A DNA stretch of 64,000 bases from Sedimentisphaerales bacterium. Lineage in GTDB: Bacteria > Planctomycetota > Phycisphaerae > Sedimentisphaerales > Anaerobacaceae. The notes below the pieces were generated by a model. It had not been told where the DNA came from and searched no databases. It was given only the letters and a program-made list of their open reading frames with translations. Every line of letters starts with the position of its first letter. Positions within the stretch are counted from its first letter, which is position 1. The translations under genes were made by a program, and so were the position numbers. The DNA lies in NCBI GenBank assembly GCA_963708075.1, contig OY970194.1, positions 2,144,001 through 2,208,000 on the forward strand, in the 5' to 3' direction. Below are positions 52,276-60,150 of this stretch, in pieces.

Positions 52276-53446
52276 GCCACAGGTACTGATCGATCAGGAG
52301 CTGGAGCGAACGCTCATGCCGCCGCCGATCGAGCCCCCGGCGCAGCCTCGGGCACAGCGAGCCGAGAACGTCCGCGGAATCGGCACGAAGGCCTTGTGTC
52401 GTTTCGTGCGCCAGTTGTCCACACTTCTTCACGCCGGCATGCCGCTCGTGCCTGCCCTTTCGGCCCTCGTGGAGCAAATGCAGTGCCCCGCCAATCCCAG
52501 GGGCAGGCGATGGAGGACGGCTCCAGACCCGCTGGCACAAATCGTCGAGCGGGTTCGGGACAGCGTCAACGAAGGCCACAGCCTGGCGGAATCTCTGAGC
52601 CGGTATCCCGGCCTGTTCTCACCGCTGTTCGTCAACATGGTGTCGGCGGGAGAGAGAAGCGGCGCCATGGAAGAGGTGCTGTCGCGCCTGGCGGATATCC
52701 TGGAAAGACGAGTGCAGTTGCTCGGCAAGATCAAATCGGCCATTGCCTACCCGGCCATGATGGCTCTGGTCGCGGTGGGCGTCGTCGTCTTCCTGCTATC
52801 ATACGTGGTGCCGAACATCACCCGGCTGTTCACCGAGATGAATCAGCAACTGCCCCTGCCGACGCGGCTGCTCATGGGAGCCAGCAGCGCCGTGCAGACC
52901 TATTTCGTCCTGGTGCTTGCCCTGCCCTGCCTTGCCGCCGCCGGTGTGTATGCAATCGGCAGGACCCGCGAGGGAAAACAGCGGATGGATCACATCAAGC
53001 TCGCCCTGCCGTTATTTGGGCCGCTGCTGCTGAAGCTGGAAGTGGCGCGATTGACGAGAACCCTGGGCACCTGCATGAAGAGCGGCATCCCGGTGACCAC
53101 CGCCATGGACATTGCCCGGCGCGTCGTCCAGAACCAGGTCATCGCCGGCGCCGTCGCCAGGATCGAGGACCAGATTCAGAGGGGCGACACAATCGCCAAT
53201 GCCCTGCGATCGACGGGCATGTTCCCGCCGGTCGTCTTTCATCTGCTCGCCACCGGCCAGATGACCGGCAGCATTGAAAATGCCATGACGGATATCGCTG
53301 AAATGTATGAAATCGAGGTCGAGAATTCCGTCAGAACGCTCACGACGCTTCTCGAACCTCTGATCCTGCTCGTGATGGGCGCCGTCGTCGGCTTCATCGT
53401 CCTGTCGGTCCTGCTGCCCATCTACCAGATCAACCAGGCCCTGTAA
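52262..53446 (+). CDS. gspF: T2SS inner-membrane platform protein GspF
   Basis: RQLSTLLHAGMPL, AGERSG, AIAYP, LPLPTRLL, LLEP. Confidence 0.95.
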   Translation: MPAAEPQVLIDQELERTLMPPPIEPPAQPRAQRAENVRGIGTKALCRFVRQLSTLLHAGMPLVPALSALVEQMQCPANPRGRRWRTAPDPLAQIVERVRDSVNEGHSLAESLSRYPGLFSPLFVNMVSAGERSGAMEEVLSRLADILERRVQLLGKIKSAIAYPAMMALVAVGVVVFLLSYVVPNITRLFTEMNQQLPLPTRLLMGASSAVQTYFVLVLALPCLAAAGVYAIGRTREGKQRMDHIKLALPLFGPLLLKLEVARLTRTLGTCMKSGIPVTTAMDIARRVVQNQVIAGAVARIEDQIQRGDTIANALRSTGMFPPVVFHLLATGQMTGSIENAMTDIAEMYEIEVENSVRTLTTLLEPLILLVMGAVVGFIVLSVLLPIYQINQAL

Positions 53447-53447
53447 C

Positions 53448-53535
53448 TATTGATTATTGATTATGGATCATTGATTATTGGATAGGACTACCAGCCATGA
53501 ACAAATCATCAATCATCAATCATCAATCATCAATC
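53448..53535. repeat. Inverted heptamer arrays (GATTATT-type vs 4x AATCATC) around the gspG RBS and start
   Basis: AATCATC x4 at 53504-53531 inside the gspG leader; imperfect complementary array at 53448-53480. Confidence 0.9.
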
Positions 53536-53946
53536 GCGAAGGGTTTCACACTGATCGAGCTGATGATCGTGGTCGTGATCCTGGGTCTGCTGGCGACGAT
53601 TGTCATGCCGAAGATTCTGAACCGGCCGGAGCAGGCCCGCCGCGTCAAGGCAAAGGTCGATATCCGCAATATCCAGTCGGCCTTGGCATACTTCAAAACG
53701 GATGTCGGACGCTTCCCGACCACCTCCGAAGGACTCGAGGCGCTCGTGAACAACCCGGGCCTGCGGGGCTACGACAACGACGGTTATCTCGAACGCGTCC
53801 CGCTGGACCCGTGGAGCCACAAGTACGTCTATATCAGCCCGGGAATCAAGAGCAAAGAGTACGATCTCAAGTCGTTTGGGAAAGACGGTGAGGAGGGCGG
53901 TGCAGGTGACGACAGCGACGTGGAAAGCTGGAATATCGAGAGCTGA
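53497..53946 (+). CDS. gspG: Major pseudopilin GspG
   Basis: KG|FTLIELMIVVVILGLLA, FPTTSEGLEALV, PLDPW, SFGKDG..GG.G.D.D. Confidence 0.96.
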   Translation: MNKSSIINHQSSIAKGFTLIELMIVVVILGLLATIVMPKILNRPEQARRVKAKVDIRNIQSALAYFKTDVGRFPTTSEGLEALVNNPGLRGYDNDGYLERVPLDPWSHKYVYISPGIKSKEYDLKSFGKDGEEGGAGDDSDVESWNIES

Positions 53947-54349
53947 GGATCGCCCCCGCGCATCCAGGGCGTTCACGTTGATCGAGGTGATTGCCGCATT
54001 GGCGATCGTCTCGATCGCGCTGTTGGGCCTGCTCCAGTTTCATTTGATGAACGTCAGAATTACGGACACGGCCAGAACGACGGCGTTGGCGGTCCTTGTG
54101 GCCCAGGAAAGGGCGGCCGAGGCAGCCAGTGGCGGATGGCCGGCAGTCGGCGCGAAATCGGGCACGACAGAAATGGATGGCTCGCAGTTCAACTGGCGGG
54201 CGGAGGTGACCAACTTCGATACGCTTGCGTCCTGCGGCATTGGGCACAACGCCTTGCGGCAACTGTCTGTCAGCGTTACGTGGCACGATGGTCCGGGCTC
54301 AAGAACCGTCCAAACGACAACCTATCTCGCGGATCATAGAATCCCATGA
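53906..54349 (+). CDS. gspI: Minor pseudopilin GspI
   Basis: RA|FTLIEVIAALAI; position between gspG and gspJ; GTG start after AGGAGG inferred. Confidence 0.8.
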   Translation: MTTATWKAGISRAEDRPRASRAFTLIEVIAALAIVSIALLGLLQFHLMNVRITDTARTTALAVLVAQERAAEAASGGWPAVGAKSGTTEMDGSQFNWRAEVTNFDTLASCGIGHNALRQLSVSVTWHDGPGSRTVQTTTYLADHRIP

Positions 54350-55068
54350 GCCGTAGGAACAATGCGGGTTTCACATTGCTGGAGATGCTCATCGCATTGA
54401 CGATCATCGCGACGATTCTGGCCATGGTGTACGGCAGTTTCGCGGCGACGACACGCTCCATCGATGCCTCCGGGGCTAGCCTGGCGCGCGTCGAGCGAGC
54501 TTGCTTCGCTCTGCGTCTGATGAGCCGGCAGGTCCGCTGCGCCTACGCCCCACACTCGCACGAGACGAGGATGGCAGGTGATTCCGGGTCGATGTTTGAA
54601 GCCGCCGAGACTTCTCTGCGTGCACCGTCCATATTGTTTCGAGGCGGTTCTCGCGACCCGCGTGGCGAGGTCCTGTCGTTCGTCACCGGCAGCGGACTCG
54701 GTACAAGCCCGGATGCCCCCCGCGGGCTTTTCCGCGTAACCTATTGCTATGATCGGGCGGCCTCCACACTCGCCATCCGCAGGCAGGGGCAGGCGGACTC
54801 ATCTGCAAGTCAGCCGAATTCGAGACATTCAGACTTGCTGTTGAGCAACGTCACGAACGTGGAGTTGGAATTTCATGACGGGCGGCAGTGGCAGCAGACG
54901 TGGGACGCCGTTCAGAAACACGAGCTGCCGCGGGCAGTCAAGGTGGAGATTACGGTCACTGATGAAGCGGGCCGCCCGCATTCGCTCGGGACCGCCATCC
55001 CCATAACCCAAGAGACGTATCCTGAATCCAGGAACACCAAACGAGCTGTGGCGGCCGGGCAACCATGA
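54346..55068 (+). CDS. gspJ: Minor pseudopilin GspJ
   Basis: AG|FTLLEMLIAL; WQQTW...LPRAVKVEI. Confidence 0.85.
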   Translation: MSRRNNAGFTLLEMLIALTIIATILAMVYGSFAATTRSIDASGASLARVERACFALRLMSRQVRCAYAPHSHETRMAGDSGSMFEAAETSLRAPSILFRGGSRDPRGEVLSFVTGSGLGTSPDAPRGLFRVTYCYDRAASTLAIRRQGQADSSASQPNSRHSDLLLSNVTNVELEFHDGRQWQQTWDAVQKHELPRAVKVEITVTDEAGRPHSLGTAIPITQETYPESRNTKRAVAAGQP

Positions 55069-56054
55069 AATCGAATATGCCGGAAACTAATCGCAACGGA
55101 TTCATCCTTATTGTGGTGCTCGGCGCCATTGTGGCGCTTTCGGCCCTGCTATTTGGCTTCCACCGCACCGTCCGGGCGAAGCTGGGCACGGTGCACAGTT
55201 TCTATCTGGCGGAACAGGCGGGCAACTGCGCGCGTGCCGGCCTGAACGTCGCGGTGGCCGCGGTCAGAGCCTCGCAGGACCTTTGTTACGACAGCCGGTT
55301 CTCGAAGCTGGTCACAGGCGAGACCTTGATCCCCATTGCCGGGGGGACCTGCTCCGTGACGGTCGTCGAGGAGAGCGGCTTGCTGAACATCAATTGCCTG
55401 AAACGTCCGACCGGCGAGCTTGACCGCACGCGGATCGACCAACTCCTGCGGCTGATCGACCTGTTGAACCACCAGGAGTCCGATGCACCACAGATCGAGT
55501 ACGGGATCGTACCGGCCATCATTGACTGGACTGACCGCGATAACGACCTGACGCACCTGCCATTCGTACAGCGCGACAATCTCGGCGCAGAGGAGGATCA
55601 TTACAGGACGGTGAATCCGCCCCGCCGGTGCAGGAACGGGCCCGTGGATGTCATTGACGAGTTGCTGCCGGTCAAGGGTATGACGCCGGATGCGCTGGCA
55701 CGACTGCGGGACCTGCTGACAACCTTCGGCGATGGCAAGGTCAACATCAACGCGGCGCCGAAGCTGGTGCTGGAGTCCTTGAACGAGCAGATGAATCCGG
55801 CCGTGGTCCAGATGATCCTGAACCGACGCCGGCTCAAGCCATTTGCCAACATCGCGGAACTGAGAGAGATGCCCGGCATGACCGATAATCTCTACCGGGC
55901 GATAAAAGATACGATCACCACCGGGCAGGAGGAACGGTATTACCGCGTGCTTTCCGGAGGAACTGTCGAGGATCTGAGCATCACCGTCGAAGCCGTATTA
56001 CGAAGAAATACAAAGGCCGGAAATGTCGATATTGTCCAGTATAGAGAACTTTAG
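55065..56054 (+). CDS. gspK: Minor pseudopilin GspK
   Basis: NG|FILIVVL (no Glu5), EESGLLNIN, IIDWTDRD, ELLPVKG, KVNINAA. Confidence 0.9.
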   Translation: MKSNMPETNRNGFILIVVLGAIVALSALLFGFHRTVRAKLGTVHSFYLAEQAGNCARAGLNVAVAAVRASQDLCYDSRFSKLVTGETLIPIAGGTCSVTVVEESGLLNINCLKRPTGELDRTRIDQLLRLIDLLNHQESDAPQIEYGIVPAIIDWTDRDNDLTHLPFVQRDNLGAEEDHYRTVNPPRRCRNGPVDVIDELLPVKGMTPDALARLRDLLTTFGDGKVNINAAPKLVLESLNEQMNPAVVQMILNRRRLKPFANIAELREMPGMTDNLYRAIKDTITTGQEERYYRVLSGGTVEDLSITVEAVLRRNTKAGNVDIVQYREL

Positions 56055-56082
56055 AAACAGCCGGTCACGGCTGAGGCGCGTC

Positions 56083-57555
56083 ATGATCAAGAGGTGTATT
56101 GGCATAGACGTCGGTCGCACTTACGTGCGTGCCGTGCAGATGGCTCGAACGCCGGAGGGGCTTGTCCTCGAGAAGGCGTTCGGCATGCAGACACGCCGCA
56201 GCACTGACTCCATGCCCAAAATCCTCCAGTCCCTTACGACGGAGCACGGCTTCGATCAGCACGCAGACGTGGCGGTCTCCATGCCCTCTCAGGCTGTATC
56301 CTTCGTGGAGATACAGACCGATGCGCCGGGACTGCAGGCGATGAAGGCGGGGCAGACGCTCGGCCTGCGAAACGACCTGCCCATTCCCGTCGAGGATGCT
56401 ATTATCCACCTATGCTCCGTGCGAACGCTGCCGAAGGATGCGTACAGCGTCCTGGTGGCTGTCACATCGACCGAGTCGATCCGGGAGCAACTGCAATCGC
56501 TCAGCGAGGCGAACATCCGGCCCGTGACCGTCGATTCCTCCATCATGGCAATGCTTGCCGCCCTGGCGGTGAATCATCCTGAGGTGATGATTGGAACAGC
56601 ACTGATCCTCTGCGTCGATGAATCGGTCCTTACCCTGGCGGTGATTCAGGAAGGGAGCATCCTGATCGTCAGGAACATCCCCGTCTATTGTGAAGAAGGC
56701 GCACAACTCTCCGCAGGGCAGACAGCCGAGATCGTCGAGCGCAAGGTCGGGATCACATGGCAGAGACTGTTCGGCGCCGACCCGGACGGCAGTCTGTATG
56801 TCGCCCTGGTTTCCGCGCCCAAGGCAGCCGAGCAACTCGTGCCGGCGCTGCGGGAGAAGATCGAATGCCGGATTCTCGTTGCAGACCCGTATGCCAAAGT
56901 CAAACGATCCGGCGACAAAGCGGACGCGGATTTCCCGCTGTGCACCGCGGAGGGGCTTGCCCTGCGGGCACTGGCCCCGGATTCAGAAGATCGCTGTGAT
57001 TTTCTCGCCGCTTATGACAGGCGGATGCACCCCGGCTGCCGCATCAGGAAGGAGTTGATCGCGTGCGCCGCGATGGTAGTGGTGACGGCGGCCATCTGGT
57101 TCCTGGGACTCTTCGTTCGCCTTTCCGCTCTCGAGTCTGAATACGGCCAACTGAAGAACCGAATTCAAACCGTATTCTACCAGGCCCTGCCACAGGAGAA
57201 GAACATCGTGGATCCCCTAGCCCAGATCCAGCAGAAGCTTGACGCCTTCCGCAAGGAGTATGAGGTATTCTCCTCCTTCCGGCCCGGGCGGTTCTCCCCC
57301 CTGGAGATCATGTACGCGCTGACCATCCAGACTCCCAAGGAGGGAAACCTGAAGTTCCACGACCTGCTCATCACGACAGATTCCGTGCAGGCCATGGGGA
57401 CCTGTGATTCGTTCGCCGTGGTCTCCGACTGGGAACGACGGCTGCAACAGGTTCCCGGGTTCGACGTTGTCGATATTCAGGACCAGAAAAAGGACGCCAG
57501 GACCGGGCAGGTCCAGTTCACCCTGTCCGTCGCGTCCTCGCGGATGGAGCAATAG
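56083..57555 (+). CDS. gspL: GspL / PilM-PilN-like assembly protein
   Basis: IGIDVG actin-like N-terminus, AEGLALR, single TM, periplasmic ferredoxin-like tail; operon position. Confidence 0.78.
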   Translation: MIKRCIGIDVGRTYVRAVQMARTPEGLVLEKAFGMQTRRSTDSMPKILQSLTTEHGFDQHADVAVSMPSQAVSFVEIQTDAPGLQAMKAGQTLGLRNDLPIPVEDAIIHLCSVRTLPKDAYSVLVAVTSTESIREQLQSLSEANIRPVTVDSSIMAMLAALAVNHPEVMIGTALILCVDESVLTLAVIQEGSILIVRNIPVYCEEGAQLSAGQTAEIVERKVGITWQRLFGADPDGSLYVALVSAPKAAEQLVPALREKIECRILVADPYAKVKRSGDKADADFPLCTAEGLALRALAPDSEDRCDFLAAYDRRMHPGCRIRKELIACAAMVVVTAAIWFLGLFVRLSALESEYGQLKNRIQTVFYQALPQEKNIVDPLAQIQQKLDAFRKEYEVFSSFRPGRFSPLEIMYALTIQTPKEGNLKFHDLLITTDSVQAMGTCDSFAVVSDWERRLQQVPGFDVVDIQDQKKDARTGQVQFTLSVASSRMEQ

Positions 57556-58115
57556 ATGATAGTTCTGACGAAACGAGAACGATTGCTTGCCCTCGGCCTG
57601 ACGGCCGGCATCAGCGTATTATCCCTGTATGCCATGGTGATCCGGCCCACCTATCACCGGATCCGGACGCTCGAACGCATCATCCCCGAGAAGCAGAGGG
57701 AACTGCACGCGCTGGAGGCCAAGAGCGTCGAATACATCACAATATGTAAGGGCTTTGAAGACTTTCGGGCCAAGGCGGCCGCCCAGGACCCAAACTTCCA
57801 GCTCCTGCCCTACCTGGAAACGCTCCTTGGGAAGCACGGACTCGACAAGAACGTCGTGAACATGGCGCCGGACAGCCTCCAACTGCAGCCTGGCTACGCG
57901 GAAACCGTCGTGAAAATCGAGCTTGACGGCGTCTCCCTGAAACAACTCGTCGGCTTTCTCAAAGAGATCGAGACCTCCAAGGTCTGGCGCAGATCGGAAG
58001 CCTGCACATCCGCAAGAACCCCACCAGCGACGCCCTGCTCGATTCCACCGTCGAAATCCACGGCCCGCAACCTGCCCAGAGCCCCGTGGTCCTTGATTTC
58101 AAAAGGCGTCCCTGA
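57556..58115 (+). CDS. gspM: T2SS protein GspM (one missing base at ~57984)
   Basis: LTKRER plus TM; VKIELDGVSLKQLVGFL; adding one C (GTCTGG to GTCCTGG) gives VLAQIGSLHIRK...LDSTVEI...* (186 aa). Confidence 0.82.
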
Positions 58116-58380
58116 GCCATCACCTGCATTGTATCCGCTCTATGGAACGACAACCCGGAATCCTGCTGTGGAATCGCACCTTTTCATCCCAGCGGGCGCC
58201 TTGTGCCGGTGCGTTTTCCGCCCACTCCGAGCCGAGAAAAATCTCCAAAATTTTTTGCACATAAAGTATTGCTTTTCGTACGGGTGCGCATACGATGGTT
58301 CCGGCGTTGGCAGGCTGGCTCGCGTGGAGTCCGCCTGTCGAGAGAACAGTTCAGAAACCTGTTTTAGAGGTGGTAATCGA

Positions 58381-58635
58381 ATGTGTGATGCATGCGGATG
58401 CACCCCCTGTACTGAGTGCGGCGCTCCCGTAGAAGACGGCGTTTGCTCCGGCTGCGGCGAGAAGCCAGGCAACTGCACCTGCGAGCCGCTCGAAGAAGAG
58501 CTCGCTTTCGAAGAGGAGGACTACGAGGACGAGGACGAAGATCTCGAGGATGAAGACGAGGAGGAAGAAGAAGAAGAAGAAGAAGAGGACGAGGACGAGG
58601 AAGAGGAAGAAGAGGAGGACGAAAAGGATTGGTAG
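58381..58635 (+). CDS. Small Cys-rich protein with long Asp/Glu tail (84 aa)
   Basis: GAGGTGG RBS, ATG 58381; 9 Cys in the first 34 aa, then an almost pure D/E tract. Confidence 0.8.
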   Translation: MCDACGCTPCTECGAPVEDGVCSGCGEKPGNCTCEPLEEELAFEEEDYEDEDEDLEDEDEEEEEEEEEEDEDEEEEEEEDEKDW

Positions 58636-58879
58636 TGCGTAGTCTTACCAGCCTCTCCGGCTTTGCAGGAACCTGGCACGCCTCGACAACAGAAGTGTGC
58701 GTGGAGCGATTGCTTCGGACGGTCATCGCCGGATGACCTGCCTTGCTGTGCGAGGGGATCAGGATGGCCGTGATCCTCACGTCACAAGGGGATTATGCAC
58801 ACCATTACGGCCTGCATGGCGTCTGCCGGTAAAGGAAACGCAGAGGCGGTCGCACGAAGTGATTGGGTGATCGAATGTC

Positions 58880-58910
58880 AAGGGCCCCGTCGCAGAACGG
58901 GGCCCTTCTT
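58880..58910. terminator. Intrinsic terminator-like hairpin between convergent genes
   Basis: AAGGGCCCCGT-CGCAGA-ACGGGGCCCTT, just downstream of the cold-shock gene. Confidence 0.7.
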
Positions 58911-58932
58911 ATTGGCATTTTTCAACCAGCGG

Positions 58933-59136
58933 TCAGCAAGGCCGAACGTCCGTTGCCTCTTGACCTTTTCGACCCGGCGCCGGAGTGTATTCCACAGCCT
59001 GACCTTCCTGGAGCGACTTGAACCCGTCTCCAGAGATCTTCGAATGATGGACAAACAGATCCTCACCGCCGTCATCCGGAGTGATGAAGCCAAAACCCTT
59101 CTTTTCGTTGAACCACTTGACTGTTCCTCTTGCCAC
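58933..59136 (-). CDS. cspA: Cold-shock protein (CspA family)
   Basis: [38 protein letters not shown]. Confidence 0.97.
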   Translation of the reverse strand: MARGTVKWFNEKKGFGFITPDDGGEDLFVHHSKISGDGFKSLQEGQAVEYTPAPGRKGQEATDVRPC

Positions 59137-59241
59137 CTGTTCTTCTCCTTAGACCCACAGGGTCTATACAGCTCTTTCCCTCAGATCGTGACCAGGGGTA
59201 TCCTTCGAGGGAGGTAAGTATACTCCTTGACATAGGCCCGC

Positions 59242-59270
59242 ATTATACCCGCCGCCGGGGCTGGAGTCAA
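59242..59270 (-). promoter_or_regulatory. Sigma70 promoter TTGACT-17-TATAAT with ~100 nt 5' UTR for csp
   Basis: Near-perfect consensus; a long UTR is typical of csp genes. Confidence 0.75.
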
Positions 59271-59574
59271 ACAATAACTGTCACGGCCTGGTTTGGGCAA
59301 CCCGCCCCGACACACGCCGCTCAGCGCAAGACATTGTGGCTACTCAGGTTACGGGGACAACAGGCGAGCGTACGACAGGCAGACAATTTCTTCACGCAAC
59401 GATTGACGGGGACATTGTCACGGGGCCAGCGAGGTGCGGTACCCGGGTGAACCGGCAATCTCAAGAGTCTCGAGCAGGCCGACCCCCGCGCATACTCATC
59501 GTGCCCCTGCTGTACCTCATGATTCCCAGGAGAGATCGCGACGCCTGCTCCGCGTCAGCCTGGACAGGATCGTC

Positions 59575-59793
59575 TTATGCCTTGGTCTTGAAGCAGTCGC
59601 CCCGCCAGCAACATTGCGTCCACGGGCAACTGCCGTTGGACCGGCCGTAACAGGGCGTGCACCCTTCCGCCTTCTGGATAGCATGGACCAGCTCAGTCTT
59701 CTTCATCTTGCTGCCATCAATCCCGAGTGCTTTCGCCTTGATCTTGATGTCCGACATGGTCATCGGTTTCGGTGCTACGTTTATCATAGTCAT
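59575..59793 (-). CDS. Small Rho_N/SAP-like domain protein with Cys-rich C-terminus
   Basis: IKIKAKALGI...MKKTELVHAIQKAEGCTPCYG...C...CCWRGDC; AAGGAG RBS. Confidence 0.8.
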   Translation of the reverse strand: MTMINVAPKPMTMSDIKIKAKALGIDGSKMKKTELVHAIQKAEGCTPCYGRSNGSCPWTQCCWRGDCFKTKA

Positions 59794-60150
59794 CCTTGTT
59801 CTCCTTCTACTACAACTCCGATCAACGCCCGGGATCTTTTCCCGGGGCGTGTGTGATTCGCTGTGTTCACAAACGGCACTCGGCAAATCAGTTGTGCTTC
59901 GCGATCTCTTGCCATTGTGCCGGTATAACCCACAATATTTTTCGGCCAATTACGGCTCAATTCACCAGTCGCTTTCCGGAAAAAGCCCGTGTTTTGGCCG
60001 CTTTCGCCCGGCAACCGCATTTCTCCAATTCCTTGCGTTTTTTTCTCGGGCCTACAGCAGACTCTCGGTGCTCCCGCGAGGCTCTTTTTCTGTTGATGGG
60101 AAGACGGCCTTGTGGTAGTAGCATCGGCAAAGACTTTGTCGGAGATGGTT

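Noticed and set aside
57556..58635. GspM fused to a Cys/acidic tail
   Set aside because: A missing base at ~57984 causes read-through; both genes have their own plausible ends and starts.
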